A stretch of 32,000 nt of DNA from Kiritimatiella glycovorans (GTDB lineage Bacteria > Verrucomicrobiota > Kiritimatiellia > Kiritimatiellales > Kiritimatiellaceae), in the NCBI RefSeq assembly GCF_001017655.1, contig NZ_CP010904.1, positions 1,860,001 through 1,892,000 on the forward strand, written 5' to 3'. This document shows, piece after piece, positions 7,343 through 15,737 of this stretch. The first letter of the stretch is position 1. Each line of letters starts with the position of its first letter. Under the pieces are notes generated by a model, which saw only the letters and a program-made list of their open reading frames with translations, made no database searches and was not told the origin of the DNA. The position numbers were made by a program, and so were the translations under genes.

Positions 7343-9144
7343 GCGGATTCCCCCTGTCGAAAGGCCCACATCGACGCATCGCTGTACGTGTCCCACATGC
7401 GCTTGTAGAGTCCGCCTCCCTTGAGCAACGCCTCGTGTCGCCCTTGTTCCACGATACGGCCTTGCTCCAGAACGACGATCCGGTCCGTATGGCGAACGGT
7501 CGACAAGCGGTGCGCGATCACGATGACGGTCTTGTTCCGGATCAGTTCCCGCAACGCCACGTGCATCTTGTGCTCGTTCTCCGGATCGGCAAACGCCGTC
7601 GCTTCGTCCAGTACGAGGATGGGCGCATCCTTCAGGATCGCACGGGCCACGGACACGCGCTGCTCTTCGCCGCCGGAGAGGTACACGCCACCCTCGCCGA
7701 TTTTCGTGTCGTACCCGCTCGGCAGGCGCGCGATGAAGTCGTGGCACTGTGCCGCCCGGGCCGCGGCCTCGACCTCTTTGCGGCTGGCGCCGGGCCGGCC
7801 GATGCGGATGTTCTCGAACAGGGAGTCATAGAACAGAAACGTGTCCTGGAACACGAAGGACACCGTGTTCATCAGGTCTTCCCCTCGCATCTCGCGGATG
7901 TCCACGCCACCGATGCGAATGCGGCCTTCGGACACGTCCCAGAACCGCGGGATCAGGTTGGCGACAGTCGACTTACCCGACCCCGACGGGCCGACCAGTG
8001 CGGTGATGCCGCCCTGGGGCGCGCGGAACGAGATGGCACTGAGCGCCTCCGTCCGCGTCGAGGCGTCGGGCGCGTCGTAGGAGAAGGAGACGCCGTCGAA
8101 CTCAACGTCGTACCCTTCGGGCCGCCGGGACTGCGCCGGCTCCACGGTTTCGGGCTCGGAGAAGATGGCGTCGATCCGGCTGACGCCTTCGCCGATGTCC
8201 TTGAGAAGCGACGACATGAAGAGCAGCTTGTAGAGCGGCGCGGCCGTGCCGGGCGTCATGACAAGGAAGAAGAGGACCGTCAGCGCCAGGGCCATGTTCT
8301 GCGGTTCTCGGCTCAAGAGCAGGGCGCCTACCGGCAGCACAAACGTCAGAAAAGAGGCCAGGATCGTCTTGTACGCGATGTAGCCATTCTGAAAGGAATC
8401 GGTCCACGCGGTGACCATATCGCGATAGCGGATCATGTCGCCGTGGAAGCGCCGGAAGGAGCGGACCGTCTGGCCGAACAGCTTCACCGCCGGCATCCCG
8501 CGTACATACTGGATAGCGGACGCGTTGATGTTCTCGAGCGCGTCGTGATACTTGGCCATCATCTCCCTGGCGCCCTCGCCAAACATCATCGATGCCTGAA
8601 CGGCCACGCCGGCCAGGAGGGCCAGCACGCAGACCAGCGCCATCCATCCGTTCAGCCAGAACATGACGGCAAACATTACGACAACCGTAGCCGCAACGCC
8701 GACGAGGTCCGGGACTTGGTGCGCGACAAAGCTCTCGATCTTCTCCACGTTCTGTTCGAGCGTCTTCTTCACCGCCCCAGTGGATGTGCGGGAGAGATAC
8801 CCCAGATGCAGCTTGCCAATGTGATTCGCCAACCGCACGCGCAGACCGTAGAGGATGCGGAACGCCGCAACGTGCGAGGCCATCAAGCTGACGTAGAGCA
8901 CCACGAACCCCGCAACCAACCCGCCCAGGGCGATCCATCCCCACCGCGCCATGAGCGCGCCGTCGGCCTGCGCGGGCGCTCCCGCATGGCGCAGGAGTTC
9001 GGCCAATATGAAGTAGACCGCCAAGTATGGAACAAGCATGAGGATGGAGCTGACGGCCGAGAGCGCGCAGGAGAGAACGAGCAACCCCTTGCGCTCGCCC
9101 GCGATCTCAAGCAGCCTTCCCACGCCTTCGGGTTTCTTCTTCAT
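7339..9144 (-). CDS. ABC transporter, fused permease/ATPase (exporter-type half transporter)
   Basis: True start MKKKPEGV at 9144 (ATGA overlap). Walker A GPSGSGKST, signature LSGGEEQR, Walker B LVLDEATA, H-loop IAHRL. Confidence 0.9.
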   Translation of the reverse strand: MKKKPEGVGRLLEIAGERKGLLVLSCALSAVSSILMLVPYLAVYFILAELLRHAGAPAQADGALMARWGWIALGGLVAGFVVLYVSLMASHVAAFRILYGLRVRLANHIGKLHLGYLSRTSTGAVKKTLEQNVEKIESFVAHQVPDLVGVAATVVVMFAVMFWLNGWMALVCVLALLAGVAVQASMMFGEGAREMMAKYHDALENINASAIQYVRGMPAVKLFGQTVRSFRRFHGDMIRYRDMVTAWTDSFQNGYIAYKTILASFLTFVLPVGALLLSREPQNMALALTVLFFLVMTPGTAAPLYKLLFMSSLLKDIGEGVSRIDAIFSEPETVEPAQSRRPEGYDVEFDGVSFSYDAPDASTRTEALSAISFRAPQGGITALVGPSGSGKSTVANLIPRFWDVSEGRIRIGGVDIREMRGEDLMNTVSFVFQDTFLFYDSLFENIRIGRPGASRKEVEAAARAAQCHDFIARLPSGYDTKIGEGGVYLSGGEEQRVSVARAILKDAPILVLDEATAFADPENEHKMHVALRELIRNKTVIVIAHRLSTVRHTDRIVVLEQGRIVEQGRHEALLKGGGLYKRMWDTYSDASMWAFRQGESA

Positions 9145-9698
9145 GATTCGTCTCCGCCTTCGGTAGATTGCTCGAATCGCAGGCGCGCGATGCGCGGGGC
9201 AATGCGGGACCGGATAAAGGGCAGGCGGACAATGCAGAGGCCTTCGGCAATCAGTAGAACCGGGCGGCCGGCATCGTCGACCTTCTCCATCCATTCCGTA
9301 TCGAACACCGAAGCGGTGAGGAAGCGGTAGCGATCGGTCTCCTCGAAGAAGCGGCGCCGGAGTTCCAGAGACTCGGCCAGGTCCGGTTCATACCAGTCCG
9401 TCTCGACGCCAAGGCGATGGCGGCGCGTATCCAGGCCAGCGCCAAGATTCACCACCACGCCGTCGGGATTGCGCCGCAGAAAGTCGCTCGTCGCCCGATC
9501 CAGAAGCATGGTGCGGATGGCGACGCCGAGTTGAGAAAGACGGGCCTTGGCGAACTTGGCGAAGTCATACTCGATTTGCCGCACCATCTCGGCCGCCTTG
9601 TCGTCGCGCACGATGGGGTCGGGCTCCTCGCCCTCGACGGCCCGCGCCCACAGGGGGATAAGGAGTGTCTCAGGGATGCCGCTTAGTTTTGCGGTCAT
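9141..9698 (-). CDS. class I SAM-dependent methyltransferase of the LCM/TcmP-like family, apparently C-terminally truncated
   Basis: GIPETLLIPLWARA, VVNLGAGLDTR and LLIAEGL motifs. The family-like sequence stops after LLIAEGL, at about residue 153 of 185. Confidence 0.7.
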   Translation of the reverse strand: MTAKLSGIPETLLIPLWARAVEGEEPDPIVRDDKAAEMVRQIEYDFAKFAKARLSQLGVAIRTMLLDRATSDFLRRNPDGVVVNLGAGLDTRRHRLGVETDWYEPDLAESLELRRRFFEETDRYRFLTASVFDTEWMEKVDDAGRPVLLIAEGLCIVRLPFIRSRIAPRIARLRFEQSTEGGDES

Positions 9699-10207
9699 TC
9701 TTGATCCCTCCCTTGTTCAGGCGCATAGTCGCGTATACCGCGTTCCCGGGCCGTGTCGTCCGCCACTTCGTCCTGCCAGCCGGAACGGACGTTTTCGCGG
9801 AGGTCATAGCGGGCAATGAAGGGCTTGATGTCCAGGAGAGGCGTTCCATCGAGGATGTCGACATCCTCGACGTGCAGCGTGGTCCCTTCGACCGAGAGCA
9901 GGCGCACGACGCTGAATCCGATATGGTTGGGGCGGAACGGGGCGCGCGTGGCAAACACGCCGCGTTCCTGATCCTGCAGGTACGGACGGACCCGAAGCTT
10001 CACCTTGTCCGCGCGGTCAAAGCGATAAACCAGGTAAATATGAGAAAAACCTTCCAGGTCGAGGAGACCGTCTGCATACCTCTCCTCTACCGTGACCGTG
10101 CCGCGTATGCCCCTGGCGAAGACCGGCTGAATCGGCGTTTCTTTCGGTTTTCTGTGAGGGGAATGAATATGTCCGATGGGTTCTATGGTGTATCGTCCGG
10201 TGCTCAT
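9695..10207 (-). CDS. TsaA/TrmO (YaeB, UPF0066) family SAM-binding protein
   Basis: IGHIHSP...FSHIYLVYRFD...GVFATRAPFRPNHIGFSVVRL...DILDGTPLLDIKPF. ATG at 10207 with an ATGA overlap. Confidence 0.85.
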   Translation of the reverse strand: MSTGRYTIEPIGHIHSPHRKPKETPIQPVFARGIRGTVTVEERYADGLLDLEGFSHIYLVYRFDRADKVKLRVRPYLQDQERGVFATRAPFRPNHIGFSVVRLLSVEGTTLHVEDVDILDGTPLLDIKPFIARYDLRENVRSGWQDEVADDTARERGIRDYAPEQGRDQE

Positions 10208-10845
10208 TGTAATCTCCTTCCCCAGGTGCAAAGGGTTGGGGCTTCCGACGCGCCCCCATCATTGGGATTGTGCAAGATGATCTGCCGGACCTCGCTAAGC
10301 CCGGCCTTGGCAAAGCCGTCCGCGTACCGGGCTTTTGACCACATCTGCATGGGCACGCCCAGCCTTTCGGACCAGTCGTGGCTGGCGGCGTTTTCATGAT
10401 AGAGATCCACCAACACCCACAGCCAGCCGCCCGGTGCCAGCAGGCGCGCGGCATGGTCCAGCCCCTCCTGGATACTGGAGAAGTAGTAGAAGACTTCCAT
10501 GGAGAAAATGGCATCGAAGGTCAGCCCCTCACCCGGTTCCCAATTGATGAAATCGGCCGCTTCCAGTCGGACATTGCCCAGTCCGGCCGTGGTCTCTCTG
10601 GCCAGACGGATCATGCCCTCGCTCACGTCGATGCCCACGCATTGGCCGTCACGGTACTGGTTCGCGGCGATATGCCGCAGCCCCAGTCCGCACCCGCAGC
10701 CGACCTCCAGATAGTTCCCGTCGGAGTTCGGAATCATTTGCCATACCTGCCGGACGCGAGGCAGGTGGTTCTGCCACATTGGCCGTGCGCGGTCACCCGT
10801 TGCCCAGTGATCAAATAGTTGTGCTGCTGCATGACTATCGCTCAT
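10204..10845 (-). CDS. class I SAM-dependent methyltransferase (Methyltransf_11-like)
   Basis: SAM motif I YLEVGCGCGLG, then GIDVSEGMI and LLAPGGWLWV. Confidence 0.85.
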   Translation of the reverse strand: MSDSHAAAQLFDHWATGDRARPMWQNHLPRVRQVWQMIPNSDGNYLEVGCGCGLGLRHIAANQYRDGQCVGIDVSEGMIRLARETTAGLGNVRLEAADFINWEPGEGLTFDAIFSMEVFYYFSSIQEGLDHAARLLAPGGWLWVLVDLYHENAASHDWSERLGVPMQMWSKARYADGFAKAGLSEVRQIILHNPNDGGASEAPTLCTWGRRLQ

Positions 10846-10927
10846 GAGCGATCCTTTGTTTCCATCATCTTCCTTTTTTTTTCAAAGTCTTCCGCAAAAC
10901 GAGACCAATACGTCTCTTTCTCCATCG

Positions 10928-11962
10928 TTAGCTCCCTTTTCTTCCAATCGTCATTTCAACCGGCCCGAAGGCCGGCGCGTCGAGGTCGGTCAGGGTGCGC
11001 ATCTCGGTCGACACGAATCCGGCGTCCAGCATGGCGCGGGCGACTTGTCCGGTCAGAAACGACATGTCGTGGCCCGTCACCTTGGTCGACAGCCAACTGA
11101 TCACGCTCGCTGCCGGGGCCGTGCCGTCCACGCTCATCCCGTCGGAAGTCACCATGAAAACGCCCCCCGGCGTCAGCGCGTCGAGCACCTTGCGCATGAT
11201 GTCGCCCAAACGGTCGCGGTAGAAATTCAGCGTGAAGTTCGCCATGACGAACTCGTAGCCCGTGCCGAAGTCGTCGGTCATGTAATCGCCGCCCTCCACG
11301 GTAACGCGGTCGCCCATGCCATACTCGGCGACCACCTCCTCGGCCACCTTGGCCACGGGCGGCTGGTCGAAGACAACGCATTGCAGCGACGGGTGGGCCG
11401 CCGTGACCGCGATGCCGATAAGGCCAGGGCCCGCCCCCATGTCGAGAATCTTCGTGAACGAGGGGAACTCGGGCAACGCCGCGACAAGGCGTGCGAGCCT
11501 TTGTGCCCGCCCGGCGCGGGTCAAGGCGATGCCGGCTCGTGCGCCCTGCTCCCAGATGGCCGGGTCGGCCAGGTCCTCCCTGGGCGGCGGGCCGTCCTGG
11601 AGCAGCTTCTTCAGGCCGCCGTTCAGCAGCGGCTCGTTCCAGCCCGCCATGTACAACATGGCCGCGCCGAGGGACGTTTTCTTGCCGCTGGCGAGAAGCG
11701 CCTCTGCCCGCGGGGTGTTCTGAAATCGCCCGTTCGCTTTCGTCAGGCAGCCGAGCGCCACCAGCGCGTTGAGCACATACTCCGTGTTGGCCGGGTGAAG
11801 CGCCAACGCCCCGGCAATCTCGTCCGCCGTGGCGGGCTCGACTGTCCGGTCAAACAGGTTCAGCTCGATGGCCGTCTTGAGCAGTTCCCACTTCACCGCC
11901 TCGTACGGCAAGTCCAACAAGGCGGATGAATCACAGGTTGTTGACGGCAAAGACTTCTTCAT
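10928..11962 (-). CDS. O-methyltransferase family 2 protein (dimerisation domain plus Rossmann domain)
   Basis: 344 aa. N-terminal winged-helix/dimerisation-like region, SAM motif ILDMGAGPGLIG, and VFDQP...GGDYMTDDF as in small-molecule O-methyltransferases. Confidence 0.85.
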   Translation of the reverse strand: MKKSLPSTTCDSSALLDLPYEAVKWELLKTAIELNLFDRTVEPATADEIAGALALHPANTEYVLNALVALGCLTKANGRFQNTPRAEALLASGKKTSLGAAMLYMAGWNEPLLNGGLKKLLQDGPPPREDLADPAIWEQGARAGIALTRAGRAQRLARLVAALPEFPSFTKILDMGAGPGLIGIAVTAAHPSLQCVVFDQPPVAKVAEEVVAEYGMGDRVTVEGGDYMTDDFGTGYEFVMANFTLNFYRDRLGDIMRKVLDALTPGGVFMVTSDGMSVDGTAPAASVISWLSTKVTGHDMSFLTGQVARAMLDAGFVSTEMRTLTDLDAPAFGPVEMTIGRKGS

Positions 11963-11987
11963 GTTCGCATCTCTCTCCCTCGGTGGG

Positions 11988-12052
11988 CATGGTCAGTAGT
12001 CATCGGTCATCAGTCATTGGCGTGCCCGCCAGCTCCCAATGCCCAATGACCC
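11988..12052. repeat. inverted TTGGTCA-type heptamer arrays between two operons
   Basis: catggtcagtagtcatcggtcatcagtcattgg ... cccaatgcccaatgaccc, between the lipoprotein stop (12083) and the O-methyltransferase start (11962). Confidence 0.8.
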
Positions 12053-12082
12053 TCCGTCACTCTCCGAGCTATGGAGGGCACG

Positions 12083-12484
12083 CTATTGACCAGTATCATT
12101 CGCGATCGACGGTGCATTCGCGATCGAGGAGTCCCAGAAGACGGTCGCCAAGCCTTCGCGCGCCAGCCCGTCCCGGACCATGATGGTGTTGCCCCCGGTC
12201 CCGCGCGACGTATGCGTGTAGGTCGCCTTGTCGGCCGACTGCGCCACGATACTGCCCATGGACGAGTCGCTGACGGACCATTCGAGAGGATACACGATCG
12301 GTTCGGGATTCGTATCACCGATGGAGACGTCGGCCGTGAGGATCACGGTTTTCTCGTCGCCGGTCAGGGTTGTGGTGGCGGGCGTCACCGGCAGCTCGCC
12401 GCGGACCTCGTCGTCATCGGGCTCGCAACCCGCGCACAGCAATATAAGCGGTAGTATTATCAGAATCAGATGGTGTCGTTTCAT
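12083..12484 (-). CDS. lipoprotein with Ig-like (Big_2-like) beta domain
   Basis: Lipobox LLCAGC. VTPATTTLTG...WSVSDSSMGSI...GGNTIMV resembles bacterial Ig-like domains. ATGA overlap with the pilT stop. Confidence 0.6.
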   Translation of the reverse strand: MKRHHLILIILPLILLCAGCEPDDDEVRGELPVTPATTTLTGDEKTVILTADVSIGDTNPEPIVYPLEWSVSDSSMGSIVAQSADKATYTHTSRGTGGNTIMVRDGLAREGLATVFWDSSIANAPSIANDTGQ

Positions 12485-13587
12485 CGTGTACCTTTCCGTT
12501 TCGGCGATTGGCCGGCGTGGCGATCGAGTTCTTCAAGCAGATTCGCCTTGTCTTCGCTGTATTCGAGAGCCGTGGCGCGGTCGATCTTGCGGCGTTGCAG
12601 CAGGGCCAGCAGCGACTGGTTGAGCGTCTGCATGCCGTGTTCGCCGCCGGTCTGCATCGCCGTGCGCATCTGGTGCGTCTTCTCCTCGCGGATCATGGCG
12701 CGAACGTTCGGGGTCGCCACCAGGATTTCGGCGGCGAGCGACCGTCCCCCGCCGTTCGCCCACGGGACGAGCTTCTGGCTCAGCACCACCTGAAGCGTCG
12801 ATGCAAGCTGCACCCGAACCTGGGCCTGATGCGCGGCGGGATAGGCGCTGATGATGCGCGAGACGGATTGCACGGCATCGGAGGTGTGCAGCGTCGCGAA
12901 GGTGAGGTGTCCGGTCTCGGCCAGGGTCAGCGCCGCGGTCATGGTTTCCAGGTCGCGCATTTCGCCCACAACGATCACGTCCGGGTCCTGACGCATGCTG
13001 CGCCGCAACGCTTCAGCGAAGCTGGCGGTGTCGCGACCGACTTCGCGTTGCGTGACGAAGGACTGGAGGCTCCTGTGCCGGTACTCGATGGGATCCTCAA
13101 TGGTATGAATATGGCAGGGCCGTGTCTTGTTAATCTCGTTGACCAGGCTGGCGATGGTGGTGGACTTACCGCTGCTGGTCGTTCCCGTGACGAGGATCAG
13201 CCCGGAATGCATCGCGCAGATGCTCTTCAGCAGTTTCACGTCCAGACCGAGCTCGTCCAGCGCGAAGAAGCGATCGGGCAGCAATCGAATGGCAGCGGCG
13301 AAGTCGCCCTGTTGGCGGTAGGCGTTAATACGCAGGCGCGTTCCGTCCTGGCGCTCGAAGGCGGCGTCGAGCTCGCCGGTGTGCCGCAGCCGGTCCAGCG
13401 CCTCGTCGCCGACCGCGCCAGCGATGACGGCGGCGATCGCCTCGGCGCTCAGCGCGGCATCCCCCTCGCCGACACGCTCCAGGCGGCCGTGCAGACGGAG
13501 CACGGGCGGATTGCCGGCGGCGAGGTGCAGGTCGCTGCCGCCGCGCACGGCCAGCTCGTCGAGCCAACGATCCAGATCAATGTTCAT
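12481..13587 (-). CDS. pilT: type IV pilus retraction ATPase PilT
   Basis: GGSDLHLAAGNPPVLRLHG, Walker A GTTSSGKST, Asp box TIEDPIEY, Walker B DPDVIVVGEMRD, His box TGHLTFATLHT, PilT-type motif NVRAMIRE. Confidence 0.92.
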   Translation of the reverse strand: MNIDLDRWLDELAVRGGSDLHLAAGNPPVLRLHGRLERVGEGDAALSAEAIAAVIAGAVGDEALDRLRHTGELDAAFERQDGTRLRINAYRQQGDFAAAIRLLPDRFFALDELGLDVKLLKSICAMHSGLILVTGTTSSGKSTTIASLVNEINKTRPCHIHTIEDPIEYRHRSLQSFVTQREVGRDTASFAEALRRSMRQDPDVIVVGEMRDLETMTAALTLAETGHLTFATLHTSDAVQSVSRIISAYPAAHQAQVRVQLASTLQVVLSQKLVPWANGGGRSLAAEILVATPNVRAMIREEKTHQMRTAMQTGGEHGMQTLNQSLLALLQRRKIDRATALEYSEDKANLLEELDRHAGQSPKRKGTR

Positions 13588-13614
13588 CTGTCATCTTCCC
13601 AAGGCTGTCGCGAA

Positions 13615-13691
13615 GATTCACCACGGAGACACGGAGACACAGAGAATTCGTCTCCTTGCTCCGCGCACTCTCCGTGCCTCTGTGGTTCAAC
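13615..13691. repeat. CACGGAG-type palindromic element (PAL-B)
   Basis: gattcaccacggagacacggagacacagag ... ctctccgtgcctctgtggttcaac, between the secretin stop and the pilT start. Confidence 0.85.
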
Positions 13692-13716
13692 TTGCTTCAA
13701 CATCCTGCACTCCCGT

Positions 13717-15576
13717 CTAATGCCTAACGCCTAACGCCTTCTCCCTAACCCCTCCTTCAAGCGTGGCGCCATCCGAGCCGACCGTTTCGAGAAACTGTTT
13801 TGACGCCGATTCCGCGTCGCCGGGTGCAAGCACGACGTACGGGCGAATCAGAACCAGCAGTTCGCTGCGTTCGTCGCTCTTGACCGTGCGCTTGAACAGG
13901 TTCCCGAGCAACGGAATGTTCATCAGCAACGGCACGCCCGTCTCGCGATCTGCCTGCCGCTCCCGAATGAGGCCGCCGATGGCGACGGTGTGCTTGTCCT
14001 TCGCGAGCACGGTTGTCGTAACGGAGCGTTCGTCGATGTCTTGGGTTCTGAACTGCTCCCCTACGTCGCCGTACTCGATCGTCCGCTCGTCACCCAGTTT
14101 GGTTTCCTCCTGGAGTATCCGGATGGTCACCGTCCGGTCGGCGTGAATCTTGGGCGTAATCAGGAGCGTGGTTCCAATGCGCTCCTCCTCTGTTTGAGGC
14201 TCCGTTTCGTAGTCGAGGACCAGGCCCGTCTCGATATCCCGTACGGCATTGAGCTCAACGCTCTTGAGTATGGTCACTTCGCTCCCGATGAAAACGCGTG
14301 AGGCCTCGTTGTCGGCCACCAGCAGGCTGGGCGTGGCCAGCGAATGGATGCGCTGTTCATCCTGAAGGAGTTGGATACGCGCGCGCACATCGGCGCTGAC
14401 AAACGAGAACACGGAAGCGAGCGGGTCGATGCCCGTGCCTTGCGGGACCAGGCTGAACGGATCCGAGGATCGAATGCTGTTGCCGGGTTCCGCCGTAATG
14501 CCGGTGGCCCGGCCGCCACTCAGCATCTGTCCGTCTCCCGTGGAGTTCTGGAACAGCCAATCCACTCCCCGCGCGCTCTCGTCGTCGAGCAGGATGTCGA
14601 GCACCTTGACTTCCAGAAGCACCTGCGGCTTGGGTTTGTCGAGCTGTTGGATCACGGTCTTGATCGTCTCTACGGACGCCGCGTCGCTGGACCGCAGGAT
14701 CAGCGCGTTGGCGGAGGGCGAGGCGGAGATGTAGACCAGTCCCGGCCGGTCGTTGCGTCCGCCGATGTCCTCGGGTATCCCCCGCACGGCCTGCTGCGCT
14801 TCCAGCGAGCGCTGTTGTTGCTCGACCACTTCTTCGACGGTCTGCTCTTCCGTCGCACGACCGGACCGACTGCCGTAGCGGCCGGTTCGATCCCAGGTGT
14901 CACCGGTCCGTCGGCGGTATGAGGAGCCGTCGTATCGATCCCGATAGCCTGTCGTCGTACCGCCGAGGTTCTCGGAGTCAACCAGCGTGGCACGGTCAGC
15001 CATGGTGTCCATGCGGTCGAGGGCGCTTTCGATGCGCGGCATGTCGTCAGCGATGTCTTCGGGCGGCGGGTCCCAGACCACCCGGTCCTGGAACAGTCGC
15101 GCCAGGGCGTCGCCGATCTCCTCCGGCGCGGGATACATCACCGGGACGACCTCGACGGCCTCGTCGGCATAGAGATTCAGACCCTCTCGGTATTCCTCCA
15201 TGGTTTCGATCTGGATGATGTCCGATCGTCGCGAGCGGCGATACCAGAGCCCGTACGTCGCGCAGATCGAACGGAGGGTCTCGTCGATGCCTGTATCGGA
15301 CAGGTAGAAACTGATGCGCTTCTCGCCCGCCTTCTCGCTGACCAGCACCTTCCAGTCCGCCTCGCAGCCGCGCGTCATCAGCTCGGCGAAATCCCGCAAC
15401 GCCATGTCGCGAACGAAAACCGATTCGATGACGATGGCCTCGTTCGTGTCCTGGGCCTGCGTCGAAGCGACCGGCAACCCCGCCAGGAGCAGCGCGACGC
15501 ATAGAGCGGGGAGGATGGTGTGTGGGAAGTGTATGGGTGTGTGTGGGGTTGAAGAGAGGGAACGAACATCGAACAT
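13717..15576 (-). CDS. secretin (GspD/PilQ family outer-membrane channel)
   Basis: Secretin domain LLEVKVLDILLDDESARGVDW ... ETGVPLLMNIPLLGNLFKRTVKSDERSELLVLIRPYVV. Signal peptide ILPALCVALLLAGLPVASTQAQ. Start is uncertain: ATG at 15576 or 15597 is preferred over 15741. Confidence 0.85.
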   Translation of the reverse strand: MFDVRSLSSTPHTPIHFPHTILPALCVALLLAGLPVASTQAQDTNEAIVIESVFVRDMALRDFAELMTRGCEADWKVLVSEKAGEKRISFYLSDTGIDETLRSICATYGLWYRRSRRSDIIQIETMEEYREGLNLYADEAVEVVPVMYPAPEEIGDALARLFQDRVVWDPPPEDIADDMPRIESALDRMDTMADRATLVDSENLGGTTTGYRDRYDGSSYRRRTGDTWDRTGRYGSRSGRATEEQTVEEVVEQQQRSLEAQQAVRGIPEDIGGRNDRPGLVYISASPSANALILRSSDAASVETIKTVIQQLDKPKPQVLLEVKVLDILLDDESARGVDWLFQNSTGDGQMLSGGRATGITAEPGNSIRSSDPFSLVPQGTGIDPLASVFSFVSADVRARIQLLQDEQRIHSLATPSLLVADNEASRVFIGSEVTILKSVELNAVRDIETGLVLDYETEPQTEEERIGTTLLITPKIHADRTVTIRILQEETKLGDERTIEYGDVGEQFRTQDIDERSVTTTVLAKDKHTVAIGGLIRERQADRETGVPLLMNIPLLGNLFKRTVKSDERSELLVLIRPYVVLAPGDAESASKQFLETVGSDGATLEGGVREKALGVRH

Positions 15577-15660
15577 CGAACACCGAACATCGAACATCGA
15601 AGTCAGAGGTTGTCCGGCTGTTGGACGTTCGATGTTGGACGTTCGATGTTGGGCGTTCGC
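15559..15660. repeat. inverted arrays of CGAACAT heptamers / GTTGGACGTTCGAT 14-mers
   Basis: cgaacat cgaacat cgaacac cgaacat cgaacat faces gttggacgttcgat x2.5. Translated as MFDVRCSMFDVR in the ORF track. Confidence 0.8.
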
Positions 15661-15703
15661 ACTCATTCCCAATGCGTTATGCATGAACCGAGAAAGTCGG
15701 TTC

Positions 15704-15734
15704 AACCAATGACCAATGACTAATGACCAATGAC
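15704..15734. repeat. TGACCAA heptamer array
   Basis: aaccaatgaccaatgactaatgaccaatgac directly after the PilP-like gene stop. A GAACCGA-gaaag-TCGGTTC hairpin lies at 15685-15703. Confidence 0.85.
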
Positions 15735-15737
15735 TCT

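Noticed and set aside
7343-7747. N-terminal extensions in the ORF track: 5588..7747, 7339..9294, 17516..19096, 30361..30894, 9695..10231, 18970..19677 and 24606..25832.
   Set aside because: The extensions are Arg/Pro-rich or repeat-derived and overlap the upstream gene. Internal ATGs give family-typical N-termini and ATGA/TGATG coupling with the upstream stop codons.
7435-9330. Long plus-strand ORFs opposite the minus-strand genes. Examples: 7435..9330 (631 aa), 29074..30936 (620 aa), 17450..19135 (561 aa), 20264..21757 (497 aa), 12508..13734 (408 aa), 10844..11929, 5591..6658 and 4320..5366.
   Set aside because: These are antisense shadow ORFs typical of high-GC DNA. Their composition is R/G/H/D/Q/A-rich, with no recognisable motifs. 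The opposite strand carries unambiguous family motifs (ABC, GspE, PilT, methyltransferases).
10846-10927. AT-rich 82-bp spacer with a small GAGAC-gtattg-GTCTC hairpin and a T-run between the O-methyltransferase and the next methyltransferase gene. Possible attenuator or internal promoter.
   Set aside because: The stem is only 5 bp and no clear -35/-10 was seen. The evidence is insufficient to call a feature.
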